Origin: the human T2T-CHM13v2.0 reference genome, Homo sapiens
Reading direction: 5' to 3' (one strand)
Assembly (NCBI RefSeq): GCF_009914755.1
Contig: NC_060931.1
Length of the DNA: 64,000 nucleotides
A program made the translations under genes and the position numbers. Positions within the stretch are counted from its first letter, which is position 1; each line of letters opens with the position of its first letter. Below, piece after piece: positions 40,489-55,094 of this stretch. The notes under the pieces were generated by a model, which made no database searches, was not told the origin of the DNA, and saw nothing but the letters and a program-made list of their open reading frames with translations.

Positions 40489-41414
40489 CTATGTCATTCT
40501 GAATTTCATTCCCTTTCCTCTCAGCTCAGAGGAAATTAAATCATAAATTTTGTGTTTAACATTCCTTTGCTTTGCTTTTTGACTTTTACCATATATCTAT
40601 GCCAAAACAGCGTATTGTTTTACTTTTGCATAGTTCTACATAGAAATTACATTGCACACAATTGTCTATTATTTGCTTTTTAATTTTATTACACATTATG
40701 TTCCTGAAATTCATTCATATTGTTGTTTGAGGATACAGTACATTTATTCTCACAGTCATCCAGTGCCAACACAATGTGAATGTAGCAAAATTTATTTACT
40801 TGTTAATGTACACAGTCTACTTCTGTAACTATTCAATTCTATTATGAATATTTTTGTTCAAATGGACATGTTTTCAAAGTTCTCTAGGGTAAATACTCAC
40901 CTGTTGAATTACTAAGTTACAAGTTCAGCTTCGTTAAATAATATAAATTTGTTTTCCAAAATGCTTGAAGCAATTGACATTCACATCATCGTTCTAGAAA
41001 AGTTTAATTCACATCACATCTCACTAACCCTTAATATTGTCAGACTTTCATAGTTGTCAATTTTGTGAGTATGGAAATGTATTTCATGGTTATTTTAACT
41101 TTCATTTCCCCAATTAATGTTTAGGTAGAATATAATTGTGTATGTATATTTGTTTTTCATGATTCCTCTTCTGTGACATACCTTTTCATGGCTTTTGCTG
41201 CTTCTTTCTGTTAGGTCGTATAGTCTTTTAATAGACTTACAAGATTTCTTCATGTATTTTGGATGTTACCTCATCTTCTTTCCCCTAGTTCGTGACTTGT
41301 GTTTTACTTTATCGATGGTATCTTTTGATGCCATAAAATTGTATTAATCATTTCCTGTGTGTGTGACTTTTTGCATCTTATTTATCTTTCCCTGACAACA
41401 TAAAGATACATTTC

Positions 41415-42015
<601 letters not shown>

Positions 42016-42547
42016 TCATCTTTTAAAAGTTTTATAGCTTATATTACACATTTAAGTCTTATACAGCTAATAGTTTTATATGTAAGAATTTAATTTTTTT
42101 GCTTTCATAACAATAAACAGTCGTCCCAGTACCATTTATTGAAAACTCTTTTTCCACTAACCTATAATGCCAGTTCTGTTATAAACCAAGTTTCTGAATA
42201 TGAGTGGGGCTCTTTTTCTGGAGGGGAAAAAGCAATGTCTGTACTGTTCAGTTGGTTTATACCTGCACCAATACTAGATTATCTTAATTACTGCAAACTT
42301 TATATTACTCTCAATACTTGATATAAAGAAATTTTTCCTACATTTTTATCTTCTTTAACAGTATTTTACCTATTCTTGGGTCTTTGTACTTCTACATATA
42401 TTTTTGATTCAGCCTTTCAAATTCCAAAAGAATCATCTTTTGGAAGGTCGACTGACATTGGTTTCAAACTATTGATCAATTTGAGAAGAATTTCTATCTC
42501 TACAACATTAAGACTCTGAATTCATTATTCATGGTATATTTTTTATA

Positions 42548-42895
42548 CAGTGATGTGCCACATAGTGGCATTTCAATCAGCAATGGACTGCATATATCAT
42601 GATGGTCCAATAAGTTTATAATAATGTATTTTTACTGTACCTTTTTCATGTTTAGATACACTAAGATAAACAAATACTTAGCATTGTATTGCAATTGCCT
42701 TTAGTATTCCATACAGTAACATGCTGTACAGATTTCTAGCCTAGGAGCAATAGCCTACTACATAAAGCCTAGGTGTACAGTAGGCTATACCATCTAGGTT
42801 TGTGTAAGTTCACTCCATGATGTTTGCCTAATGCTAAAATCGCCTAACTACACATTTCTCAGAATATATCCCTGTTGTTAAGTGGTGCATGACTT
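42548..42895 (+). mobile_element. Tigger3a (MER7A-type)
   Basis: cagtgatgtgccacata...ttaagtggtgcatgact TIRs, TA on both sides, 348 bp. Confidence 0.9.
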
Positions 42896-43017
42896 TATCT
42901 TGGTTTTTTAAATTTTTTCAGATGATTATGTACATCTATAAAGATTTTGTAACTTTTGTTAAACTTTTACTATGTATTTTACATTTTTAATGATATTATA
43001 AATGAAAATTACATTTT

Positions 43018-43692
43018 AAGTTAATAGACTACATTTTTTAGAACAGTTTTAGATTTACAGAGAAATTGAGCAGATACAAGAAAATTTCCATCTACCTCAA
43101 TCCTACTCCACACAGTTTCCCCAGTTATTAACATCTTACATTAGTGTGGTACACTTGCTCCCATTAATGAACCAATATTGATATAGCAGTGTTAATGAAG
43201 GTTCACCCTTTATTCAGATTTCATTTGATTTTACCTAATGTCCTTTTTCTGTTTCAGGATCCCATGGAAGACACCATGTTACATTTAGTCATCATGTCTT
43301 TATAGGGTCCTCTTGGCTGTGACACTTTCTCAGACTTTCCTTGCTGTTGATGGCTGTGGCTATTTAGAGGATTACTTACTGGTCAGATATTTTTGCAGAA
43401 TGTTCCGCAGACAAAATTCATCTGATTTTTTTTATGAACAGGCTGGGGCTCTGAATCTGGGGGAGGAAGAACACAGGGGTAAAGTGTCACTTTCATCATA
43501 TCATATTAAGGGTGCTTATCTCTACATGATTTATAACTGTTGGTATAACCTAGATCATCTGTCTGAAGTAGTGCTTGTCCTTTTTCTCCATTGTAAAATT
43601 ATTCTTTCTTCCCCAGAACCCTCATTTTGTACTTTTAGAAGGAAGTCACTATACGTAACCCACACTTCAGGATGGAGAGTTATGCTACCTCC
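43018..43692 (-). mobile_element. L1MC/L1MD-type 3' end
   Basis: ttttagaacagttttagatttacag...cctaatgtcctttttctgtttcaggatccc; TSD aaaattacatttt. Confidence 0.8.
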
Positions 43693-43705
43693 AAAATTAC
43701 ATTTT

Positions 43706-43973
43706 CCTTTCTTTGAGACAGGGGAGGAAAGCCTGGCTGAGTGCAGTCATGCAATCGTGGATCACTGTAGCCTTGACTTCCCAGGCTCAACCAATCCTCC
43801 TGCCCCAGCCTCCCAAGTAGCTTGCACCATAGGCATGTGGCACCACACCCAGTTAACATTTTAAAGTTTTTGTAGATATGGGGTCTCTCCATGTTGCCCA
43901 GGCTGGTCTCGAATTCCTGGGCTCAAGCCTCCCAAAGTGCTGAGGTTACAGGTGTGAGTCACAGTGCCCAGCC
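43706..43973 (-). mobile_element. AluJ
   Basis: Dimer with J diagnostics; TSD caaaattacattttc. Confidence 0.9.
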
Positions 43974-45509
43974 CAAAATTACATTTTCTAAATTGCATTA
44001 TTATCATTTTTTGCTAGTGAACAGAAATTAGTATATTTATTTTTTATAACCAGAAAAATTGCTGAACTCTCTCATTAATATTTCTTTTTTATGTTTCTTA
44101 ATATAGACAATAACACCCTCTGCAAATAGTATTCATTTTGGTTCTTGCATTTTGATACTTATTTCTTTTTATTTCCTTACTCTGTTGGCCAGATGCCCCA
44201 GTACAATTCTTAATGGAAATGTTGATATTGAATATCCTTGTATTTTTCCTGTTTTATCCATATATCTGCTTTAATTTAAAGTGTACCTTGGTTGATTGTA
44301 TCCTCAAGAACCTTGCAAAAGCAAATTTGGGAAAACAGATTTTTTAAACCAAATGCGGTAGATTATATTATTTTGCAGCGATTAATTTTTTTTCCAAAAT
44401 TCACCCTTATTAGCATCAAGCTCTGGTTAAGTTACCTAAAACACAACGACAGTTGAATTTTGTGACAGAGCTAGGAAGTATACACCTTTGTTTTTGTGCA
44501 ACTGTCACCTCTCCTGCCTACTGTGTATCCACAATACACTTTCCATTATTTCATTTTCTCTTTTTAACTCCTGTCATCTCTACTAAGATTGAAACCTGCC
44601 TTAATTCAATTTCTGCTCCCTAAACAGGCATCCTGACGGTCATTTACATATTGGAGAATAAGACTTTTTTCAAAAATTGCAGCTCTAGTAATATTTCTAT
44701 CTTACTAAAACATCTTAAATGTGTTGCCTTAAAGTTCTGAACCTGATGTTCAAAGGCCTCTTCAAAATAATGTCAATGTTTATTTTTTCAACATTTATCA
44801 GCATTGCCCTCTTAAATTTCTGAAGATATATTTATTACATTCACAGTATGATTTGATAGTAAAGTGGAATTTAAAATGGATTTTTACCTCATACAAGTAA
44901 TGTTTTTCAGAAAACAGAGAGGATATCACCCTTTTAAATGTTCTACAGTAATATGTTAATCTGCTCACAATGTTTAACACACTAATCCCAGTAAGGGAAA
45001 TCAGAAAACTGTTTTTTTAACCTGCTGCTGACCTATTGTACTCTCTTGTGCAAGTCTGCCTGTTCTTGTTTGCTTTCCTGTAAAACAGTAATCATAAAAT
45101 GTTTAATTCTTGACTATCAACAGGTGAATTATATTCATTGTGGATAACCTTGATTTAAAATCCTTGTTGGCTTAATTACACAGAGTAGTGGGAACTATCT
45201 TTAGCTGAAATTATATACTAACTCTTACTTACTTTCACTCTTTCTCCAAGCAATTTACTGCCCAGCAAGAAGCACTTTTTATGAAAAAATAATATTTTCA
45301 TATTTCCAGAAATCTCTGAACAATTATTTCTTAGTAATATTTTTAAGCTGATACATTTTTCTTACTTTGAGAGGCCATGCTTGTTATCTCTAGCTCAGTG
45401 TGAGGAGTAAGGATGAGAGGTGTCAAGAAAAAAAATTAAGTAATGTTTTCTCATCTAATCAATAATTTTATTTTTTGAAACAGAAGTGCCTTGATACTTA
45501 ATGGTGGAC

Positions 45510-45750
45510 CTATCAAACTATACATATTTACCTGGGATCATTTCAAATTTAGTTTGAATGTGGATTACAGCTTTCCTATTTCTGTAACCTTGGTTATATT
45601 ACTTAATCTCTCTCAACCTCTGTACGCTCATGTGTAAAGTGAGTATTATACATTTTTGTTTTGTACACAAAGTACCTTAAATAATGACTATAGAGCACTT
45701 AGCATTGTTGGAGAAACCTTGAACAAACATTCCTTAAGTACCAACTGTTA
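45510..45750 (+). mobile_element. MIR
   Basis: ctgtaaccttggttatattacttaatctctctcaacctctgtacgctcatgtgtaaagtgag. Confidence 0.7.
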
Positions 45751-46130
45751 CTATTTGCTTAATAAATTAAAAGTCCAGGCCATTAAACATGCACATAATC
45801 TCAGTTTTAGAAATACTCAATTTCTGTTGATTCTTTGAAGAGACAAAGAATTATGATTACTTCACATTTTCCATGGAAGGACTGTAAACCTCTGAAGTAT
45901 GAAAGATTTTTGTTTGACCCAAACATATATATTCTGTTTTGTATAAGGAATTCACTTTTAAGAAATCATGTACAAATTGACATTTTTACCATTAAATGAA
46001 TTTTAATAAGCAGAAGATTTCACCATTTAAAAATTATTTCTTATACTATGTAGCCACACTTCACTTAGAAGATGCATCAGACATGTGGAATAATAACATT
46101 TGGAATAGTCAGAGTTAGAAAACATGAGAC

Positions 46131-46300
46131 CAGAGGTTCTCAAGTGTGGTGCTTCAACTGCACCATCCGCATCATCTGGGGCCTTGTTAGAAGTACCAAA
46201 TCTTGGGCCCCATACCAGACCTACTGAATCACAAACCCTGTGGTTGGAACCAACCACTCTGTGTGTTAACTAGTCCTCCACGGGATTCTGATGCTGCTGC
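46131..46300. mobile_element. MER5A
   Basis: cagaggttctcaagtgtgg...ccagacctactgaatcacaaaccctg...gattctgatgc. Confidence 0.85.
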
Positions 46301-47874
46301 TTTCTGGGAGCAATTGCATTAAAAATACCAAAAGGTGAGAAACAACACTGGGATGCAATTGTAGGAGGAAGGAGGGAGTGATGATATCTTCTTTGCTTGA
46401 CGAAAATGTGAGATAGACACTACTTTTGAGCTGGTAACTTGTCCTTAAGCTGAGAGGCAATGCAGAACAGAAACATTTAGTCTGGAAAAATTAGGAAGTA
46501 TTTCCAGGAAAACAAGGTGGGAACGAGAGTTAGGTCTCCACATCACATTTAGGGAGTTGGGAGTTCTTTAGAATTCACAGAACAGAGGACAAGAGAGAAC
46601 TTCAATGTATTTAGTTGAAAATATTTCTGTAAGTTTCTAGGCTGCAGAGTCGGTTTTAAAAAATCAAAAAGTCACTTTGTGGTTTAGCATATAATTAAGA
46701 ATTTTCCAGCATCTAATGGTTCAATAGTGGGACCACGTCATTCAAAAGCAGTGATAGAAAACTCAAGATGGCGTGGGGAATTGCTATTCTCAAGGTCTTA
46801 GGATTTTTAAATTAAATTCCTAATTAAAGTAAGATAAAGAAAAAGGTGAAGTCTACATCTCAACAATTAACATAGGTGTAAATTCTTTAAACTCAGTAAT
46901 TTACTATTCCTATCTCCTGGTCACTAAGAAATATTTAAATATGTATTCCAAACTGGGTGGATTAGAACTAACCTACTTTTAAGGTATTCTTTTCCTGATT
47001 GAATTATGTGAAGGTCAGAATTTAAAACAAACAAAACCCCCAAAATGCTACTAACAGATGAACGTGCGCATTTCAACCAGAGTGTGCTGCTTTGCTTCAC
47101 TGAGCAAATTCGTGATTGCCCTGAGGCAAAGCAATTCCCTTTCACTCCTGACCCTCTGCTCTCAGCCCTGCTTTGCCTGCTATGAGGTTTTTTGAGTTAG
47201 AAATATGTGATCCTAAGCATATGTTTGGAAATAATATCATTCTGGCTTCAAGGCATAACTTCTGTTACTTAAATTGTCAACTTGTATGTGCATGTTAAGA
47301 CAGAAAGGTCTAGGAACTATTCGGTATCATTCAGCAGCCTGCTGATCTGTTCTGCTAACACTGTCACCTTCTAAGGAGAAAACAGACACAGGGTTTTGCT
47401 TTGTTTTTTAATATTTTTTTTCTCTTCTTCCTTTGTCTTTAGTAAGTATTCATCTTTCTAATCAGGGCAAGGAAGTCACCAGGGTTATAAGACCATTTAG
47501 ATCTTATTAAAGCTTTGGGGATTAAATTTATCTTAGATGTGAACATCAAATATAATCCCTGAAGTGTATTAAAAATGGTTTTACCCATCACTCATTTCTA
47601 AAAATTGAATTTGTCTGTTAATTTTTACCAACATGCTATTTTTTAAAACTGATTTTTAATCCCCATACAATTGTGTGATTCTTCCAGACTTTTCTTCATG
47701 TCACTCTTGAATTTCTTTGGGCAAACTTCTCGCCATCTTCAAGCTCCTTACACCTTCTCTAGTTAACTGACACTCATCCTCTTCATGATTCCACCTGCCC
47801 CTCAGAAGCCCAGCTTGTGGAGAATGCTCCTTCTCTCACCTTCGATGTGCCACAGGATCTCAAAACAAGGGTGG

Positions 47875-48264
47875 TGCTATGATTTGAATGTGTTCTTCAA
47901 AGTCCATGTCTTAGAAGTGTAATCCCTAATGCAACAGTGTTGAGAGGTGGGACCTTTAAGAGGTGATTACATCAGGAGGACTCTACCCTTATAAATGGAT
48001 TAATGTCATTATTTCAGGAGTGGGTTTGTTAGCACAAGACTGGGGTCCTTTTCATAAAGATTGGCTAGCTCCTCTCTCTCTCCCAGGTGATGTCTCCTGC
48101 CTTGTTAAGATGAAGCAAGAAGGTCCTCATAAGATTCTGGTCTTTCGATCTTGGACTTGGATCTTGGTTCAGCCCCCAGAACCATGAACCAAATAAATTT
48201 TTGTTTGGTATAAATTGCACGGTCTCACATATTCTGTTACGGCAGCACAAAATATAATAAGACA
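47875..48264 (+). mobile_element. MSTC/MSTD/MLT1A-type solo LTR
   Basis: tgctatgatttgaatgtg...gggacctttaagaggtgatta...taagaca. Confidence 0.88.
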
Positions 48265-48989
48265 GCCACTAAGGTGGCTTCCAAACCACTATGCTTGCTT
48301 TCTTTAAAAAATAATTTTAAATCTAATTATTTTTATCAAAATGAAACATGAATATACTTTAAATTTTTAAATAGTTTTACAAAGCTTATTATTTATTATA
48401 ATTTAAAAAAAAAACAGTAGTCTCCAAAATACCAACCCACATCCCCAGTCCAGAGATAACACTTTCATTTCTTAACTTTTTCTTTTTGGAATTTGCTACC
48501 AGTTGGCTAACTAGCATCTCTATATAATTTTTTTCTTTTCCTTCCATTTTTTATATTAGCTATTGACTTCCTACAGAGGAAGAGGGAGACCTTACATTTA
48601 TTACATTAACTTACCCCATCTACCCCGTTGTCCTTTATCACCTACAATCCGCCAAATATAGGTACAATTATTTATATGTTATTTAATATTTAGATTAAGA
48701 TTGTTTATGTTATTACGATCATGAGATTATATTCACAGCTGAGTCATGTAGTGTTCTACACTTACATTTCTTTCCTTGTATGCTTTTCTGCATGATATTT
48801 CTCCCTCCAGTAGTTAATTGTTATTTCTCTCTCTGTGAATCTTTAGTTTTCTGTTTAACTATCACTATGTAACTATCCACAAACTCTTTGTTATATGTGG
48901 AAGTCACATATCACTGCTTAATTTACTTTTCTGTTCTCCATAGCTATTGTTACGAAGCCTCGCCTTTTCCTCACACTGTCTCATTATAT

Positions 48990-49500
48990 GGCTACAATCC
49001 TTCTGTCTAGAGACTTCTAACTTAACATCTAAACCTATGTAGAAAATCAAGGTGATCAGCCACAGTTATAAATTATAACCTCTCTGTTACCACCCTCACC
49101 ACCTTGCCTCTAGTCCTAGTAGACAAGCTTGAGGCATGATAATCCTACCTTTTGTGCTCTAGACCATATCCCTTCAACAGGTCAGTAAATTACATACATC
49201 AGTAGTTTGCAGTCCATTTCTCACTCTTCATTTCCTATGCAATTACCTTAATCCAGTCCTGTCATCCTATGCTTTACAACTGCAACAGTCTTGTAAGTGG
49301 TCTGCTTATCTCATGCTTCATGCCACTCCAATTCATTCTTGTACTGCCACCAAAATACTGTCCTTGAACACATTTTGGGTCATGTAACTCCCTTGTCTAA
49401 ATCTTTTGGAAACTCCCCAATGTATGTATGGTAAAATGCCTACTCCTTACACAAAGTCACCTGTGATATGGCCTCTTCCTCTCTCTCCTACCTTGTTTCT
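48990..49500 (+). mobile_element. L2 fragment
   Basis: actgcaacagtcttgtaagtggtct...ctccaattcattctt...catgtaactcccttgtctaaatc. Confidence 0.65.
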
Positions 49501-49566
49501 TTTAAAACTGGCATCCCAGTTTTTAAAAGTGAGATGATATTTATATATATGGAAATGCACAGTTGT

Positions 49567-49843
<277 letters not shown>

Positions 49844-50089
49844 TCATTCAATGTGTTTTGATAAATATGTACACCCATGGTATACATTTTAAAACTTAGG
49901 CTTGTAGAATAAGGAACTATTTGCATTTCCTCAAATATGTATGACTCTTTGGTACTTCTGCACAAAGTACCAATGTCTTTTCTCCTTTGACCTGGAACAT
50001 TTGTGGGCAATGTATCCACTCTCTCTTTTTGCTTTTATAACTAATACATAAGTGTCATGGCACCCGTAAATCTTTATTGTCCTTATAAA

Positions 50090-50212
50090 TCTCATGTCTA
50101 TATTCTACACCAGATTGTACACCTGCCCGAGGGAGGTTCATTTCTAAAATTTTCTATGAATATTCAATAGTTAATACCAAGTGGGCACTCAATAAATATT
50201 TGTGGAATAAAG
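50090..50212 (+). mobile_element. L2 3' end
   Basis: gtgggcactcaataaatatttgtggaataaa. Confidence 0.65.
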
Positions 50213-50254
50213 GTACGAAATGAAAGCTGAATGCATAATTTTAAAAAAATAGGG

Positions 50255-50510
50255 TAGTTCAGGTGCATGGTGTAATGTTTAAGGGAAGCAGCTGAAGAAT
50301 CTGACTGCCTGGTACAAATCAGGGCCCAACTTCATATTACCTGTGGGATTTGGAGAAAGTTATATAACCTAAACATGACTCAGCTTTCAAATATGTAAAA
50401 TGGGGACATTCGTTGCACTTATCTCATAGGTTGTTAAAAGTTTTTTGAAAAATTAACCTTTTCCATAATGCTAGGAACATTTTCTGGCACCAAGTAAACA
50501 TTCAACGTTA
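50255..50510 (+). mobile_element. MIR
   Basis: gactgcctggtacaaatc...ctcagctttcaaatatgtaaaatgggg. Confidence 0.8.
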
Positions 50511-50741
50511 TTCTGCTTAGTATTTACATGATTATTAAGCAATAATTTAAAAATTTACATAAATTAGATAACGTTACGTTAAAGATATTTAAAATTCCAG
50601 CTAATCAAATGGATGATCAAATATTCTATCTTATGAAAGTCATTTATTTTTATTAACTAGGAATCTCTTTCACAACATCTCTTATCGAAGGTAAGAAGAA
50701 ACCACTGAAATATCAAAATCCTTTGATAACTGGAATGAGAA

Positions 50742-51108
50742 TATATTAGTCTGTACTCACACTGGTAATAAAGACATACCTGAGCCTGGGTAATTTATAA
50801 AGGAGAGAAGTTTAATGGACTGACAGTTCCACATGGTTGACCTCACAATTGTGGCCTCACAATCATGGCAGAAAACAAAGGAGAAAAAAAGGCACATCTT
50901 ACATGGTGGCAGGCAAGAGAGAGCTTGTGCAGGGGAATGCCTATTTATAAAACCATTAGATCTCATGAGACTTATTCCCTACCATGAGAACAGTATGGGG
51001 GAAACTGCCCCCATGATTCAATTATTTCCACCTAGCCCCACCCTTGACATTTGGGGTTTATTACAATTCAAGGTGAGATTTGGCTGGGGACACAGCCAAA
51101 ACATAGCA
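50742..51108 (-). mobile_element. THE1 solo LTR
   Basis: taaagacatacctgagcctgggtaatttataaagg...gagatttggctggggacacagccaaaacatagca; TSD gagaa/gcgaa. Confidence 0.92.
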
Positions 51109-51773
51109 GCGAATAATTCCAGATTCCTAGAATCAAAGTTGTTAATATATGTTATGTGGACGTTTACTTTTTATTGTTATCATTATTATTTTTATGGTTA
51201 TTTTATTACTACCTAATACATAAAAATTAGTGTAACAAACCGAATTTAAACCTATATCGCCAGTATTCAAGATCACAAGAAGCCATATTAGCATATGTAA
51301 CAGGATGATGTAAGCAAACCCCACCATCTAGAGCAGTTCAGGGAAGCATGGACAACTGATCAGTTTTTGAAAAATGAAGAAGGATAAAACGTTGGAAAAT
51401 AAAGCAAGGAGAGTGTGCACGATTGAGAACAGGTGGGATTGATTTAGAATGCCTTCCAAAAGGAGATGTTGATTATGTTGATTAGAAAGGAAATTATTTT
51501 AATGTCCAAATCTGGTGGTAGCTTGTTTTTTAAAATGATTCTTTTAGAAAGCAACATAATCTAACTGATGGAAAAATAGTGAGTTGGCAGCCCATTCAAA
51601 TGAAAAAATTTTGTTAATCAAAAAATTTTTTTCTTATTTAACACATAGCAAAATTTTGCTGCAATGTATTTTTCTGTCTGTTCAACTAAAAATAAAATCA
51701 GGATGAAGACTGCAGTTAGTTTCTTCTGTGTATAATTTGAATCCTTAGATTCTAAAATACTGTAGCTTTATTT

Positions 51774-51787
51774 CTGCCATCTGGTGG
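51774..51787 (-). promoter_or_regulatory. Candidate CTCF site
   Basis: Minus strand CCACCAGATGGCAG fits CCASYAGRKGGCRS at every position. Confidence 0.5.
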
Positions 51788-52085
51788 TAGAAAATATTGA
51801 TGTTCTTGCAGTCTGTGAAGCTATATTAATTCTACATACACATGTATTAATATACATTGCTTCCCCAAGGAATAATTTGTCTTAACTGAAATTGGCATGC
51901 ATTTTAGTATATTGCACAGGGAAAAATGGAATATATTTTCTGTCTCTGAATTTTTCAATCAAAATGTATGATGACCTATTTATTAAATTATTTGCACACA
52001 ATTATGTTTTATTGTATTAAGTCCTATAAATAAGTTTTTTTTTGGGGGGGCTACAGCTTAAAAAATAATTCAACATGCTCTAAGG

Positions 52086-52425
52086 CAGTGGTCCCCAACT
52101 TTTTTGGCACCAGGGACTGGTTTCGTGGAAGACAATTTTTTCCACGGATTGGGGTGGGGATGAGGAGGATGGTTTCAGGATGAAACTGTTCCACTGCAGA
52201 TCATCAGGCATTAGTTAGAATTTAACAAGGAGTGTACAACCTCACATGCACAGTTCACAGTAGGGTTCACACTCCTATGAGAATCTGATGCCACCGCTGA
52301 TCTGACAGGAGGCAGAGTTCAGGCAGTAATTCTCCCTAGCCTGCCACTCATCTCCTGCTGTGCAGCCCAGTTTCTAACAGGCCACGGACTGGTACCAGTC
52401 CATGGCCCAGGGTTTGGGACCCCTG
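52086..52425 (+). mobile_element. MER1B (hAT-Charlie)
   Basis: cagtggtccccaac...gggtttgggacccctg TIRs; ntcta target flanks. Confidence 0.92.
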
Positions 52426-52897
52426 TTCTAGATATATTTTTCTCCACATTCTTCTACTCAGTGCATTTTCAGAACACCAAGACATTTTTAAGTAGCTTTA
52501 GGATAAATTATTAATTTTGGTTAATATCTATTCAAGAAGGGGCAAGTAATATTGAATGCAAGATGTAAAAGCAAAGTGTAGTTATCAGTGGAGTAAAAGA
52601 CAAATAGCTGGAAGATCGCTTTTGAGCATTTCGTACTTCCTTCAGTTCTGCAAAGTCCAGTTTATTGTATGCCTTCCTAATTATACAAAGTAGGTAATGC
52701 AGCAAGAGTACATGAAGTGGCAACGTGGGGAGTGAGAGACTATAGACATTAAAGTCATTGTAGTAGAAATAAACTTCAGAGAGCTCAGGCTATATAGTCA
52801 AGGGTCTCTTCTCCACAGTTTCAGGGTCAAACCTAATTGCTTACCTCTTCTAAGAACCTGACTGCACTCATGACTCCCCTTAAAATATATTTCTCTT

Positions 52898-53023
<126 letters not shown>

Positions 53024-53038
<15 letters not shown>

Positions 53039-53111
53039 CATATATATATACACACATATATATATATACATACACACATATATATATACATACACATATA
53101 TATATACACAC

Positions 53112-53148
<37 letters not shown>
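53024..53148. repeat. (TA)n/(TACA)n compound microsatellite
   Basis: Direct read. Confidence 0.95.
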
Positions 53149-53149
<1 letters not shown>

Positions 53150-53419
53150 TTCTTTTCTTTACTAGGTTATTGGGAACCCCTACTGTTCTGTGGCTACCAA
53201 GAGGACTTTTCAACGCTGTGGAAAGCTCCTCCTCTTAGAATGATATTAGTCCTGTGTGGCTTATTTCTTTGTTTAAACCTTTGCACCTGCATGTGCAAGA
53301 GGAGTGGTTCAGCCTAGACAAAAACATGTTCAATATTGACTGAAGGTTTATTTGCTGTTTCCTTTGAGGTCTCTAGATCTTTCTTCTTTATTTATTTTAT
53401 TTTTTGGAAGGGTGGGGAA

Positions 53420-53545
53420 GAACATGGAATTTGGAGGCGAACTACCTAGATTCTAAGCCTAGTTCCTTCTCTTAACTGATTTCATTGAATAATTTGAATC
53501 TCAGTAAATTTATCTGTAAAATGGGAATAATGGTAACACACACCC
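53420..53545 (+). mobile_element. MIR
   Basis: tgaatctcagtaaatttatctgtaaaatgggaataatggta. Confidence 0.7.
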
Positions 53546-53825
53546 TACCTGCATCAGACATTTTTTGATGATCCATAAATACCCTGTTTCTTAAAGATTT
53601 TTAAAATTAGATTGTTAAAAAATGTAAACAATATTCCATGTCAACATTTGTTCTATTCTACTTGCTTTTTTCTGTCACTGGCTCCAGCCAGTTCAAAACA
53701 AAGGAAGGAATAATATTTAATAGACAAAGAGAATATTGTTTGAAAGAGAAAAATTTTCCACAAAGGCCAATTTACGATGTAGCCCAAGTATACGAAGAGC
53801 TACAGAATGTGCTTTAAGAATAACA

Positions 53826-54186
<361 letters not shown>

Positions 54187-55094
54187 CTATAGCTGCCAAA
54201 CTCAAGTGAAAACATGCAATTAATGATGTACCCTTTTTACATTTTCATGACACCTCCTCTTCAAAACATCTCTACCACAGTGAGAACAATTTGTAGGGGT
54301 CCAGAATTATTAGTTATCAAAAGCATCTTGACAGAAATACACACTGGATTCTATGGGTCAGAGGCCAAGCAATGTGTGTTGGTAAGAAAAGGAGAGGAGA
54401 TGTTTTTCCTACACCTTCAACTTCTTAATAAATTTTCCCAAGACCAAGCCCTATTTCCGAGATTTTTTTTTCCAAAAAATTACATGGGTTCACTAGAATA
54501 TAGTTAAAATAACTCTTTACCAGAGATATAAATACTTAGGTTTGTTTTCCTTCAATACTTTTTAAACTTTCTCTGAGTTTAAGTTTGTTTTTTAAAAATA
54601 TAGTTTTGAATTTGTACTGTGTGTAATTATCACTGTGGTAACCTTAGAAATAAAAATATCCCTAGCACATGCAATATATCCAAAAACATTTTTGTAGATA
54701 AGCTTGATATGTTGGTGATTGCACAGAACATTTTCTATTCTCATTTAAGAAATCAGGGTGATAATTTTTGTCTTCCTAAAATTATTCCCCACCAAATATA
54801 TTGTGTTCACAATCATAAAAATGGTGTTTAGTATGGTGACAGGTTGTGATCACAATTTTCTGTGTGCCAAGGATAAATTTTAAAAAATACCAGTCTTGCA
54901 AGTTTGCCAATTATCATTTTATATTCCTTTCTCAATATATTTTTGAGAACTAGGTCTCTGAAATAGATAAAATAAAAAGGAAACAATTACACCTCAAATG
55001 ATATTCTCAATGTAGTAAAATCCTCTTAGACTTTGGCATTAGAAGGGCATAGAAATTACATATGTGATTCTTCATTAAATATCATCAGAATATC

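Noticed and set aside
43313-43864. Longest ORF (183 aa)
   Set aside because: Antisense read-through of an L1 3' UTR and an AluJ, non-ATG start, no protein-like signature
52532-52723. Protein-sounding peptide KAYNKLDFAELKEVRNAQKR
   Set aside because: No recognisable homologue and no convincing donor site
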